Assembly (NCBI GenBank): GCA_963976865.1
Contig: CAXBLY010000002.1
Span: 152,539-216,538 of the forward strand
DNA length: 64,000 nucleotides
Reading direction: 5' to 3'
DNA from: an uncultured Gammaproteobacteria bacterium
GTDB taxonomy: Bacteria > Pseudomonadota > Gammaproteobacteria > UBA4575
The notes beneath the pieces were generated by a model. It did no database searches and was not told where the DNA came from. It saw only the letters and a program-made list of their open reading frames with translations. This document shows, piece after piece, positions 10,924 through 20,860 of this stretch (the stretch's first letter is position 1; each line of letters begins with the position of its first letter). The translations under genes and the position numbers were made by a program.

Positions 10924-13900
10924 ATGAATATATTAACCAGACAATACATGAAACAGCTTCTGATTAGTCTATCAATGTCGCTTGCCATGTTTAGCACAGG
11001 TGCTAATGCCGCGCCCGGAAATCTGGCCAATCAACCACTATTTTTAAGTTCCAATGTGCAAGCAAATATTTTCTTTGCAACAGATGATTCAGGCAGCATG
11101 GACTGGGAAACAACACTGAATGATGGTACCTACAATCCTGGACAAGTAAATTTTAATTTTTTACCCAATCCACCTACTTCTGCAGGAGGCTTACCTGATG
11201 ATTGGTATCGTGAAATAAGAAGATCTCTATGTTTGGGTTTTAATGTACTTGCTTACAATCCAGATTCAGTATACACACCCTGGAAAGGTGAAGATGAAGA
11301 TGGCATAGATTATTCAAACAAGTCTTTGACATCAGCACTATTTGACCCATACGATAATGACAGCACAAGAGACATTTCCAATCATGTCTATTTTGTATGG
11401 AATGACGCTGATGCCGATGGACAATACGATGGCCCAGGAAGCGCCAGTTTCGGTGCCGCAAACAATGCAGCAACAGATGAGTGTGGGGACGTATCAGCAG
11501 ACATCACTGCAAATACTATTCAGGTAAATTCCCTGCCGGCAACGTTAAACCCGGGTGATACCGGTTACCCCAACTCACAACAGAATTATGCCAACTGGTG
11601 GACATATTATCGCAAACGTGAATATGTCGCTAAAAAAGCGATGTCAGAACTTATCTGGAATTCCAATCACAGAATGGGACTCGCAACGTTACATGATAAT
11701 AATAGCGTGGGTACACCAATAAGCGATATGACTGTTTCTACAAACAAAGATAACCTGTTAAGTGAATTAGGCCAAATTAATTCAACAGGTGGAACTCCGT
11801 TGAGACGCTTATTAAGGAACACCGGAAGATACTTTGATAAAGCAGGAAGTAATTCTGATCATTCAGATCTTGGTTTCACTTCTTCAAGCCCAATCTTAAG
11901 TACCACCAATGGTGGTGAATGCCAGCAAAATTTTGCTGTTCTATTCTCTGATGGTTTCTGGAATGGAGGCAGTCCTAGTGTAGGTAACACTGACGGCGGC
12001 ACCAGTAATTCCATGTGGGACGGTGGTTCCTACGCAGACTCAATTAGCAATACATTAGCTGATGTTGCCATGTATTACTATGAAACTGATTTAGCAACAG
12101 GTATCGCAGACAAAGTCAGGCCAATTGAAAATATTGACGAAAATGAGGCACAGCACCTGACAACTTATACGGTTGCCTTTGGTGTAAACGGCACTCTGAA
12201 TGCAAATCCGCCAAATACGACCGATCCTTTTGCATGGCCCGATCCAACTGACACAGAAGATGCAGAACGTGTTGATGACATGCGCCATGCCGCATGGAAT
12301 GCTCGCGGAGAGTTTCTCAATGCCAGAGACCCGGCAACGTTAATTTCTTCATTAGAAAATGCACTAGCGTCCATTGAAAACAGAATTGGTACTTCAACGG
12401 CAGTGACGTTTAACTCAAACGAACTTCAGGCCGAGACTCAGTTATATCTAACACAGTTTAATAGTGAAAACTGGTCCGGTGACGTTGTTGCATTCAATTT
12501 CAACACTGACGGCACAATTAATCCTACGGAAGCCTGGCGTATTTCGGACTATCTGGACTCTGCCAGTTACAATTACACCAACCGTGTCGCCTACACCATG
12601 AACAGTGCTACCAATGCAGCAACATTGCTTGAGTGGGGCAACATTTCAACAGCCCAGCAAAACGACTTCAAAACTGCTCCGGATGGAAGTCTAGGTAGTG
12701 ACACAGATGGTCAGGCCAGGCTTAATTTCTTCCTGGGTGATCGTACACATGAAGCAAGTGGTACGGCTTATAATTTCAGAAGACGAGATTCCATCATGGG
12801 CGATATTGTACACTCAGGCCCGGTATTTGTAGGCAAACCCAGTGAACTTTATCCTGATAGCAGTCCTTTTGGCAGCAGTTCAGAAAGATACTCAAGCTTT
12901 GTCGAAGCCAAGAAAAACCGTAAGGGTATTGTCTATGTGGGTGCAAACGATGGCATGGTACATGCGTTTGACACAACCCAAAGCGGTAGAGAGATAATGA
13001 CCTACACACCCAAAGAACTCTATCAAAGCGGATCAGCCACGGCAGGTCTTCACTATCTTTCAGACCCAGACTACACACACAACTATTATGTTGATGTTAA
13101 TCTAGCTGCCAACGATGTTTATATCAATGCATCAAGCGCTCCTCTGGGCACACCGAACTGGGAAACCATCCTGGCAGGCGGATATGGTGCAGGCGGCCGA
13201 GGTGTATTTGCCCTAAATGTTACTGACGCCAGTTTCCCGGACAGTGTTACAGGCGCACAGAATACTGTCTTGTGGGAATTCTCTGACGCAAATAGCACTT
13301 ACATGGGATACTCATATAGCGAACCTCGTATTGCTTTACTTAATAATAATAAGTGGGCTGTCATCTTTGGCAATGGATATAATAGCGACAATGGAAAAGC
13401 CGCTTTAATCATACTTTACATCGAAGGTGGTATTGATGGAACATGGGTTTTAAATAGCGACTATAAAATTATCGATACAGGTGTCGGTGACGCAGCTAAT
13501 AAGAGTGGTATTGGTGAGATTACAGCTATAGATCTGGACAATGATTTTGTTGTTGATCGAATTTACGGTAGTGGTATTGACGGAAAATTGTGGGCATTTG
13601 ACTTGTCAGATAGCAATGCCAGCAACTGGGATGTGGCATATGGTACCAGCTCAAATAAAAAGCCATTATTCACGTCATCATCAGGACAACCCATTACTGT
13701 AAAAAGTGCCATCACACGTGTGGCGGATTCCACAATCGCAGACGCGCCTAATGTTCTGGTTATACTTGGTACTGGTCAGTTCATTACCGATGCGGACCCA
13801 AGTAACACAAACCAGCAATCTCTGTATGGCGTATGGGATGCTGGCGAAAGCGAAATTACACGTGCAGATCTGGTGGAACAGACACTGGATTCATCTACTA

Positions 13901-14394
13901 CATCATCTCTTAGGGTAATGTCAGATAATACGGTGACATATAATACCGCCAATCCAAGCAGTGGTGATTTGGGCTGGTTCTTTGACCTACCTGAAAGCGG
14001 AGAACGCGTCAACATTGATCCAGTTGTCAGACTTGAACAGGTATTCTTTGCTACAAACATACCTTCTACTCAAAAGTGTACAGATGGAGGCGGTAGCGGT
14101 TGGATAATGATACTTGATGCTGAAAACGGTGGCGAACCGAGCAGAGGAGGATTTGATTTAAATTCTGATGGTAATTTTGATTCAAATGATCAGTTATCTA
14201 ATACATTTGTCGCAGGAGTTAAATTTGATAATGGTCTCCCAGCAGGATTAGGATTTCTGGGCGGTAGTGGAAACTTATACGTGACAGGAACAGGTGGTGG
14301 AACTAATATTTTAGACAGTGTATCCACTCAAAAAATTAAAACTATCAGTTTTGGTGCCAAAGGCAGATTAGCCTGGAAGGAGTTATTTGAATGA
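10924..14394 (+). CDS. pilY1: Type IV pilus tip adhesin PilY1/PilC
   Basis: Signal peptide; vWA-like DDSGSM; beta-propeller motifs VYVGANDGMVHAF and VIFGNGYNS; Ca-loop DLDNDFVVD; C-terminal GRLAWKEL. ATG 10924 has an upstream AGGA. Confidence 0.93.
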   Translation: MNILTRQYMKQLLISLSMSLAMFSTGANAAPGNLANQPLFLSSNVQANIFFATDDSGSMDWETTLNDGTYNPGQVNFNFLPNPPTSAGGLPDDWYREIRRSLCLGFNVLAYNPDSVYTPWKGEDEDGIDYSNKSLTSALFDPYDNDSTRDISNHVYFVWNDADADGQYDGPGSASFGAANNAATDECGDVSADITANTIQVNSLPATLNPGDTGYPNSQQNYANWWTYYRKREYVAKKAMSELIWNSNHRMGLATLHDNNSVGTPISDMTVSTNKDNLLSELGQINSTGGTPLRRLLRNTGRYFDKAGSNSDHSDLGFTSSSPILSTTNGGECQQNFAVLFSDGFWNGGSPSVGNTDGGTSNSMWDGGSYADSISNTLADVAMYYYETDLATGIADKVRPIENIDENEAQHLTTYTVAFGVNGTLNANPPNTTDPFAWPDPTDTEDAERVDDMRHAAWNARGEFLNARDPATLISSLENALASIENRIGTSTAVTFNSNELQAETQLYLTQFNSENWSGDVVAFNFNTDGTINPTEAWRISDYLDSASYNYTNRVAYTMNSATNAATLLEWGNISTAQQNDFKTAPDGSLGSDTDGQARLNFFLGDRTHEASGTAYNFRRRDSIMGDIVHSGPVFVGKPSELYPDSSPFGSSSERYSSFVEAKKNRKGIVYVGANDGMVHAFDTTQSGREIMTYTPKELYQSGSATAGLHYLSDPDYTHNYYVDVNLAANDVYINASSAPLGTPNWETILAGGYGAGGRGVFALNVTDASFPDSVTGAQNTVLWEFSDANSTYMGYSYSEPRIALLNNNKWAVIFGNGYNSDNGKAALIILYIEGGIDGTWVLNSDYKIIDTGVGDAANKSGIGEITAIDLDNDFVVDRIYGSGIDGKLWAFDLSDSNASNWDVAYGTSSNKKPLFTSSSGQPITVKSAITRVADSTIADAPNVLVILGTGQFITDADPSNTNQQSLYGVWDAGESEITRADLVEQTLDSSTTSSLRVMSDNTVTYNTANPSSGDLGWFFDLPESGERVNIDPVVRLEQVFFATNIPSTQKCTDGGGSGWIMILDAENGGEPSRGGFDLNSDGNFDSNDQLSNTFVAGVKFDNGLPAGLGFLGGSGNLYVTGTGGGTNILDSVSTQKIKTISFGAKGRLAWKELFE

Positions 14395-14768
14395 TAAATC
14401 AAGCTTTTATCACAGCCAGATTTTATTTTTTACTTGGCATCATAATGTTAATGTTCAGTGCATACACACATGCAGGACAGTTACCTAATCATTACCCTAG
14501 TGCATTTCGCTGGTCTGGTACTGTTGAGGAAATATCTAACAATACTATTGTGATTGGTGATAGAGAATTTACACTTACTCAGAGTGCAAGTTTCCATCGA
14601 CTGAATTCTTACAACTCAACGCTCCAAGATATCAAAGCAGGTATGCCTTTAGGTTGCATTATCTCAGATACGAATCAGATAATTTCATTATGGGAGTTCC
14701 CGAAGGAATTATCATCAACGGTTGGGCCCTGGGCTGAAGGTCTTCACGGAATTAACGTCAAGAGATAA
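14391..14768 (+). CDS. Small secreted protein, probable PilY2-like
   Basis: Overlaps the pilY1 stop, precedes pilE and has a signal peptide. FRWSGTVEEISNNTIVIGDREFTL and LQDIKAG resemble P. aeruginosa PilY2 as I recall it. Confidence 0.6.
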   Translation: MINQAFITARFYFLLGIIMLMFSAYTHAGQLPNHYPSAFRWSGTVEEISNNTIVIGDREFTLTQSASFHRLNSYNSTLQDIKAGMPLGCIISDTNQIISLWEFPKELSSTVGPWAEGLHGINVKR

Positions 14769-14773
14769 AACCT

Positions 14774-15205
14774 ATGCCCTATTCTAAACATTCCGGATTC
14801 ACATTAGTCGAACTGTTAATTGTTGTTGCAATTGTGGCCATTCTCGCTTCTATAGGTTATCCAGCCTACAATGAGCAGGTGCAAAAAGGCAGGCGTGCAG
14901 ATGCTAAAAACATGATTCTTCAAATCTCATCTTTACAGGAAAGATATCATTCAAATTTTGGCTATTACGGAAATATAGATGACCTTTTCGGCGCCAGTAG
15001 TGACCCTGTTTCCAGTGATGGAGGTTATTATTCCCTCACTGTCGCATGCACCCCATCAGCTGCATGTACAGCGGCCTCGAGGTCACAGCAATATACAATC
15101 ACTGCAACACCCAATGCCACAGATGCAAATTGTGGTGTATTTACCTATGATCAGGCAGGCAACATAACAGAAGGTGGAACAAAAGATTTAGCCTACTGCT
15201 GGTAA
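14774..15205 (+). CDS. pilE: Type IV minor pilin PilE
   Basis: G/FTLVELLIVVAIVAILASIGYPAY; KGRRADAK; YTITATP; terminal Cys-Trp. Confidence 0.92.
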   Translation: MPYSKHSGFTLVELLIVVAIVAILASIGYPAYNEQVQKGRRADAKNMILQISSLQERYHSNFGYYGNIDDLFGASSDPVSSDGGYYSLTVACTPSAACTAASRSQQYTITATPNATDANCGVFTYDQAGNITEGGTKDLAYCW

Positions 15206-15225
15206 CAGCGTTATAACAGCTTAGA

Positions 15226-16221
15226 CTAGAAGCCAATATTGATTGGCAACTCACTCAATTCTGAAAGCTGTTCTCTTAAGCTTAAAATATGCTCCTCCCA
15301 GTAACGTGATGTATTAAACCACGGGAATCCCAATGGAAAAGCCGGGTCATCCCAGCGCCTGGCTATCCAGGCTGAATAATGCAGCATTCTTAGTGTACGC
15401 AAACTTTCAATTAGCCTTAATTCATTTAAATCAAAATCAGCAAATTCATTATAGCCTTCTATTATTTCGCGTAGCTGTATTTGCTGCTCGTTTCGATCGC
15501 CCGAAAGCAGCATCCATACATCCTGTATAGCAGGCGCCATTCTTGAATCATCAAAATCGATAAAGTGTGGTAATTCATCTCGCCATAACATATTTCCAAT
15601 ATGACAATCTCCATGCGCACGAATATATTTTATATCCTGACTATCAGCCATGGCCTGATCTATAATTTTCAGAAGATCGTTAGTTAATGTTTCATAGGCA
15701 ATTTTAAGTTCATCGGGAATAAAATTATCCTTAATGTACTTAACACTGTCATGACCATAACTTTGACTATTGATTGCAGGACGAAATTCAAATGAAGATG
15801 CTGCGCCGATCATATGTATGCGCCCCAGGAAACGACCTAAAACAAGCAGGTTGTCATAATTATCCAGTTCCGGCGCCCTGCCACCTTTTCGTGGATACAA
15901 AGAAAATCGAAAATCACCATATTCAAACAGACTCAAACCCTGTTCATTTTTCATGGGCGCAACCACTGGCAGCTCTGCCTCAACTAATTCATAGCAGTAT
16001 TCATGCTCTTCCTTAATTTGTTGATTAGTCCAGCGACCTGGGCGATAAAATTTTGCGATAACCGGTTCATTATCTTCAATTCCAATTTGATAAACACGGT
16101 TTTCATAGCTATTCAAAATAGTGACACGACCATCCGTTTCGAATCCTATGCTATCTACTGCATCCAATATAAAACTTGGCCCAAGCGATTCAAAAGGATG
16201 TAAATCAGTTGAATTTTCCAT
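15226..16221 (-). CDS. srkA: Ser/Thr protein kinase SrkA/RdoA (YihE)
   Basis: LNSYENRVYQ, AKFYRPGRW, HGDCHIGN, DFDD and WIARRWDDPAFP. Confidence 0.92.
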   Translation of the reverse strand: MENSTDLHPFESLGPSFILDAVDSIGFETDGRVTILNSYENRVYQIGIEDNEPVIAKFYRPGRWTNQQIKEEHEYCYELVEAELPVVAPMKNEQGLSLFEYGDFRFSLYPRKGGRAPELDNYDNLLVLGRFLGRIHMIGAASSFEFRPAINSQSYGHDSVKYIKDNFIPDELKIAYETLTNDLLKIIDQAMADSQDIKYIRAHGDCHIGNMLWRDELPHFIDFDDSRMAPAIQDVWMLLSGDRNEQQIQLREIIEGYNEFADFDLNELRLIESLRTLRMLHYSAWIARRWDDPAFPLGFPWFNTSRYWEEHILSLREQLSELSELPINIGF

Positions 16222-16780
16222 TATTCACATCGTTTAAAAATTTAGTTGATTGAGAGGCATGATAGAAATGAGTCTGCCCGAGGAACTTTCTGGCGGCTGT
16301 AGAGAAATAACCATCAACCTGTTCTGAATCCGCTAGCTGCTGTATCAACGAATCGTCAACTTCACAGGACTTGACCAGACAGAGATGATTTGCAGATAGT
16401 TTACACGCGAGCCAGAGTGCTAAAGAATCTGACGTTGTCTGCCAGTTTTTTGGATAATCACATTCAGATATTACGTCAGAATATGGCAACCATATTGTTG
16501 AGCCCGTATCCTGGATATCTTTAAATGAATTAGCCACTTTTAGACTTCCATTAAGATTTGCTAACAGGCACCCATACTGTTGCATAGCCATTACCGCCAT
16601 ATCATGTGCAACGGCATCCGACAGATTCCACTGCTTATTCGCAGCACGTACCTGATCCGCAAATGGTCCACCCCCTGGCACAATCACAAGCGTTTGTTGA
16701 TGGATACGCGCAAGCTGATCACACCATTCTTTCAGGTGCGGGGATGCATATAAACTGCCTCCTATTTTGACAATAATCAC
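16205..16780 (-). CDS. Amino-acid-kinase-fold protein, MfnE/Orf21-like (methanofuran/methylofuran biosynthesis)
   Basis: VKIGGSL, VPGGGPFADQVR, AMQQYG and WQTTSDSLA; H4MPT cluster context. Confidence 0.8.
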   Translation of the reverse strand: MIIVKIGGSLYASPHLKEWCDQLARIHQQTLVIVPGGGPFADQVRAANKQWNLSDAVAHDMAVMAMQQYGCLLANLNGSLKVANSFKDIQDTGSTIWLPYSDVISECDYPKNWQTTSDSLALWLACKLSANHLCLVKSCEVDDSLIQQLADSEQVDGYFSTAARKFLGQTHFYHASQSTKFLNDVNNGKFN

Positions 16781-18156
16781 TATTGCCCAAAAAACCTGAA
16801 CATTGCAGCGGCTTTATCAAATGTTTCCTGATATTCCTCATCCACTTGAGAGTCCCACACCAGGCCTCCCCCTGCATAAAAATATGCCTGATTATCTTTC
16901 TGGATAATGGTCCTTATAGCAATATTAGTATCCATCTTTCGGTTAAAGCCTATATAACCTATGCTGCCACAGTATAATCCACGTCTGTGCGGTTCAAGTT
17001 CTTCTATAATTTCCATTGCTCTGATTTTGGGCGCGCCAGTGATTGAGCCGCCAGGAAAACATTCGCGTAACAGCTCAACAGGAGAAGTCTTATTCGGGAG
17101 CTTACCTTCTATAGTACTAACCAGATGATGCACTGTTGGATAACTTTCAATGTTGAATAACTTTGTCACCTTAACACTATTAACATCACAACATTTACTT
17201 AAGTCATTCCTCAATAGATCAACAATCATGACATTTTCTGCACGATCTTTTGTGCTGCTTTCCAGTTCCAATACGAGCTCATTATCAATTTTCTCATCTT
17301 TTGAGCGCGGCCTTGTTCCTTTAATAGGTTTCGTCTCCACTACGCCGTTATTCACCTGTAAAAAACGTTCAGGAGAAACACTTAAAACCTTACACTCAGG
17401 AATATTCATATAAGCACCAAATGGCGAAGGATTTATTTTTCGCAGATGTTGATATCCCGACCAGGAATCACCTTCGACCGGCACGTTAAATCGTTGCGCC
17501 AGATTTACCTGGTAACAGTCGCCTGAGCTTATGTAATTTTTAACTTTGGAAAACTTTTCAGCATACTGCTCTGCCGTCATATTGGACTGTATTTTATCTA
17601 ATGCTTTATACTCGCCATTAGAAGCAACATTACCCACCTGACTGACATTATCTATTATATCTTTCCAATTCAGGCGAACTCTTGGCTCTGAAAGATCCCC
17701 CACTAACACAGCCTTTTTCTCAAGATGATCAGCAATGTATGCCCAATGGTAAATACCTATTGCCATCTCGGGAATGCCAGTATCATCCAGCGCAGTACTT
17801 GGCATTTTTTCAATTCTTCTCCCCAAATCATAGGAAAAGAAACCTAGCGCCCCACCCGTAAACGGCAGCTCATCTGATTGAATAAAATTTGCTGATAGCT
17901 CATGCGCCAATAATTCAAATGGATCATCAGGAACAAGCTGTTGATTACCCCCTGTAGTGATTGTCGTTAATTTCCCTCGCGTCACAAATGTCGTTTTAGG
18001 ATAAGCAGAAAAAATATCATAGCGACCAAACTTGCTAACAGGCCTGCCACTATCAAGAAATATTGCCCACGGTTCGTGTGCGAATAGTGAAAAAACAGAT
18101 GTCACATCTTCAAAATAAGGAACACTGACACGCGTTAGTTTATTATTTCTGGACAC
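16780..18156 (-). CDS. pabB: Aminodeoxychorismate synthase component I
   Basis: GDCYQVNL, SPERFL, TKPIKGTRPR, ENVMIVDLLRND and PGGSITGAPK. Confidence 0.93.
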   Translation of the reverse strand: MSRNNKLTRVSVPYFEDVTSVFSLFAHEPWAIFLDSGRPVSKFGRYDIFSAYPKTTFVTRGKLTTITTGGNQQLVPDDPFELLAHELSANFIQSDELPFTGGALGFFSYDLGRRIEKMPSTALDDTGIPEMAIGIYHWAYIADHLEKKAVLVGDLSEPRVRLNWKDIIDNVSQVGNVASNGEYKALDKIQSNMTAEQYAEKFSKVKNYISSGDCYQVNLAQRFNVPVEGDSWSGYQHLRKINPSPFGAYMNIPECKVLSVSPERFLQVNNGVVETKPIKGTRPRSKDEKIDNELVLELESSTKDRAENVMIVDLLRNDLSKCCDVNSVKVTKLFNIESYPTVHHLVSTIEGKLPNKTSPVELLRECFPGGSITGAPKIRAMEIIEELEPHRRGLYCGSIGYIGFNRKMDTNIAIRTIIQKDNQAYFYAGGGLVWDSQVDEEYQETFDKAAAMFRFFGQ

Positions 18157-18165
18157 AGGAATGAA

Positions 18166-19182
18166 TTACTCGAAAACCAGCGAAACAGCGGGCGCACAAT
18201 CAGACGCATTGACCTGGTAACTGATACCTTCAGGAATAATAAAACGGGTGAAATCCTCATAATCCAGAGACATCGTCTTTGCTATCCTTTCAACCAGAAA
18301 TCTTCCTACACCTGCACCAACAACCATTGGCCTATCATCGCTAAACTTAAGTAAACTCTTTTTGACCATCTCTATTTGCTGGTCGGCAATGTATTGTGCG
18401 ACTGAAACCCATTCTTGTCTGTCCTCTTTTCGATAGTCTTCTCCAATCATGCGAGCAAGTCTGCGCATACTGGAGGTTTTATCTTTTGGCTGAGAATCCA
18501 GCGTATCACCATAGTCTGCATGAGATGGCAACCAGTCTAAAATCCGATAGACATCTGCAGACATGGAAAAATATTCTGCCATGAGTGGAATCCAGTCACC
18601 CTTGTAAGGTATTTTCTGACAAATTGTATTAACGCAGCTGCGAACCACGCCTGTATATACCAGTTCACCCGATCGTAACCTTTCAAAATCTGACACACCA
18701 TTTAACTGCAGTTGCCCATCCTTAATCAAGAGCACATCTGTTGTGGTACTTCCCATATCCACAAAAATAACAGTTTTATTTTTTTTGCTTACACAGCGTC
18801 CACTTGCAATCCAGTTGACAGATGCAACTGAAAGCGTGTCTAGCAATGCCTCCTTGTAATCCAGTAAACCGCGGCGCGAATAAAATCTGACGATATCCTC
18901 TGAAGAAACTTCCTCAAGAAAAACACGCACGATTTCTTTTACACCCTGATCACGGGAAAGAAATAAATCCACCAGCTCTCCCGTCATCGTGACATTGTGA
19001 GCACTTATATTGTCAGGAATTTTTTTTAAGGCTGTCTGTAACACAGCTACTAACTCGTCAAGTCCTTTCCACAGTGGACAGTCCCACTGCTGAACATGCA
19101 GTGTATTATCATCAATATAAGCCAGCTTGACATGAGCACCACCAATGTCCCAGCCTGCTTTATTAAATGCGTTTCTAGCCAA
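18166..19182 (-). CDS. Hydantoinase/oxoprolinase-family protein, MfnF/Orf9-like
   Basis: GWDIGGAHVK, TMTGELVD, DMGSTTTD and GELVYTGVVR. Start inferred at TTG 19182. Confidence 0.82.
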   Translation of the reverse strand: MARNAFNKAGWDIGGAHVKLAYIDDNTLHVQQWDCPLWKGLDELVAVLQTALKKIPDNISAHNVTMTGELVDLFLSRDQGVKEIVRVFLEEVSSEDIVRFYSRRGLLDYKEALLDTLSVASVNWIASGRCVSKKNKTVIFVDMGSTTTDVLLIKDGQLQLNGVSDFERLRSGELVYTGVVRSCVNTICQKIPYKGDWIPLMAEYFSMSADVYRILDWLPSHADYGDTLDSQPKDKTSSMRRLARMIGEDYRKEDRQEWVSVAQYIADQQIEMVKKSLLKFSDDRPMVVGAGVGRFLVERIAKTMSLDYEDFTRFIIPEGISYQVNASDCAPAVSLVFE

Positions 19183-20146
19183 GATGTACCTCAACAATTT
19201 TATTTTGTTGCATAATATTTTCAGGCAGTTTCTGATCAAGAACAGTTCTGATACATAACTCAGCAGGATTATCCATCAAGACTTCGCTCAGCCCTGCATA
19301 TGAAGAAGTTAAACGTGGATTAATATCAATGACAACATAAGATTCTCCTGTCTTAATTAAATCAACCCCGACATAGCCCGTCAAACCAGGCAGAGTCCTG
19401 GCAATATCATTACTGATGCTTCGCATTTTTTCAGTCACAGGCATCGCATTCACCTGACAGGTTTTAAGCTTTGGCTCGAGATCACCACTAAAGATTTGCC
19501 TGTTACAGGTAAGTGTTTTTGCATTACCAGCAAAACAAAGCAGGCTCAGACTTAAATGTTCACCGTCAATACAGGGTTGTACAACCCAGTTATTAAAATC
19601 ATCAATGCACGCCAGGCCGGATTTTCCAGAGTCGCATATTTTCAATCCTTCACAACCCACACCAAATCGACTTTTAATCACTACTTTACCTGTGTATTGC
19701 TGGGCTTCTGAATAGGACAGATTAGCTGCAGTCTTGATCCCTGCCGCAGACAGTTGTGTTGCACATTTAATTTTATCTCCAGCGATTCCAATACTTTCTG
19801 CATCACAATTAATCACAGGAATTTTTTCTTTTTCCAGTTGTGATACGAGAGACTTAAGCACACCCTCGCTTTCAGGCGCAATTATCCAGGTATAATTACT
19901 TTCATTTGCCAGGCGGTATACCGTTGTCAGATAGTCAGCAGAATTTTCGATCAGATGGTTTTCTATATTATTCAACGGCAAATCCACGCGTGAGTCCAGA
20001 CAGGTAATTAGCTGAATATCATTTATTTGCGAACAATCAGCCAGCACGGAATTGAGCATCAACAAGCCTTCTTGTTTTAATCCTTCTGGTAATGGATGAT
20101 TAGCAAAACCGCCACCGGTAATGAACTCAGTGATAAACAAACGCAT
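19175..20146 (-). CDS. ATP-grasp ligase, MfnD/Orf1-like (tyramine-glutamate ligase type)
   Basis: EFITGGG, IIAPESEG, KSRFGVGCEG, GYVGVDL and DINPRLTSSY. Confidence 0.82.
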   Translation of the reverse strand: MRLFITEFITGGGFANHPLPEGLKQEGLLMLNSVLADCSQINDIQLITCLDSRVDLPLNNIENHLIENSADYLTTVYRLANESNYTWIIAPESEGVLKSLVSQLEKEKIPVINCDAESIGIAGDKIKCATQLSAAGIKTAANLSYSEAQQYTGKVVIKSRFGVGCEGLKICDSGKSGLACIDDFNNWVVQPCIDGEHLSLSLLCFAGNAKTLTCNRQIFSGDLEPKLKTCQVNAMPVTEKMRSISNDIARTLPGLTGYVGVDLIKTGESYVVIDINPRLTSSYAGLSEVLMDNPAELCIRTVLDQKLPENIMQQNKIVEVHLG

Positions 20147-20149
20147 TTA

Positions 20150-20854
20150 ATGAAAATTATTCCTGTTATAGATTACCGGAAAGGCAATGTAGTACTAGCG
20201 CAATTGGGAAATCGTGATAGTTACCAGCCTGTTTCTTCAGCACTGTGTGATAAACCGGATATTAATAGTGTCATTGAAGGTATTTTAACGTTAGCTGAGT
20301 TCAAAACAATCTATATTGCGGATTTAGATTGCATAGAAAATCAGCAATTGGAGGAGAGTTTATGGCCTTCCCTGTGCTCCAGATACCCTGATATAGAATT
20401 TTGGATTGATCTTGGAAAACTCAGTCAACGCTGGGCCCAGTTTATGGCCAATATTTCCAATGCACGTCCTGTCATTGGCTCCGAATCCCATTCCAGCATT
20501 AAGTCATTAACGCTTAGTCTTAGTGCGTTGAATAATTATCGGCCATTGTTATCAATCGATATTAGACAAAGCAGGATTCTCGGGCCAGACCAACTGTTAT
20601 CCGGATTTGATAATTGGCCTGATGATGTCGTTATTCTATCACTAAGTCATGTAGGCAGTAATAGCGGCCCGGACTATGACTCAATCCGGAACGTTTCCAG
20701 TCATTTGTGCTCGCAGAATATATTTTACGGGGGCGGCACCAGAAATGAACAGGATATCAGACAACTTGCATCACTTAATATCAAAGGCGTACTCGTTGCC
20801 AGCAGTCTTCATTCAGAAAAAATTAACAAATGCTTTTTAGAAAAAGTCAGTTGA
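20150..20854 (+). CDS. HisA/HisF-like TIM barrel (Orf17-type, H4MPT/methylofuran cluster)
   Basis: MKIIPVIDYRKGNVV, IYIADLD, VGSNSGPD and YGGGTRN; start at ATG 20150 by family N-terminus. Confidence 0.82.
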   Translation: MKIIPVIDYRKGNVVLAQLGNRDSYQPVSSALCDKPDINSVIEGILTLAEFKTIYIADLDCIENQQLEESLWPSLCSRYPDIEFWIDLGKLSQRWAQFMANISNARPVIGSESHSSIKSLTLSLSALNNYRPLLSIDIRQSRILGPDQLLSGFDNWPDDVVILSLSHVGSNSGPDYDSIRNVSSHLCSQNIFYGGGTRNEQDIRQLASLNIKGVLVASSLHSEKINKCFLEKVS

Positions 20855-20860
20855 GCACCT

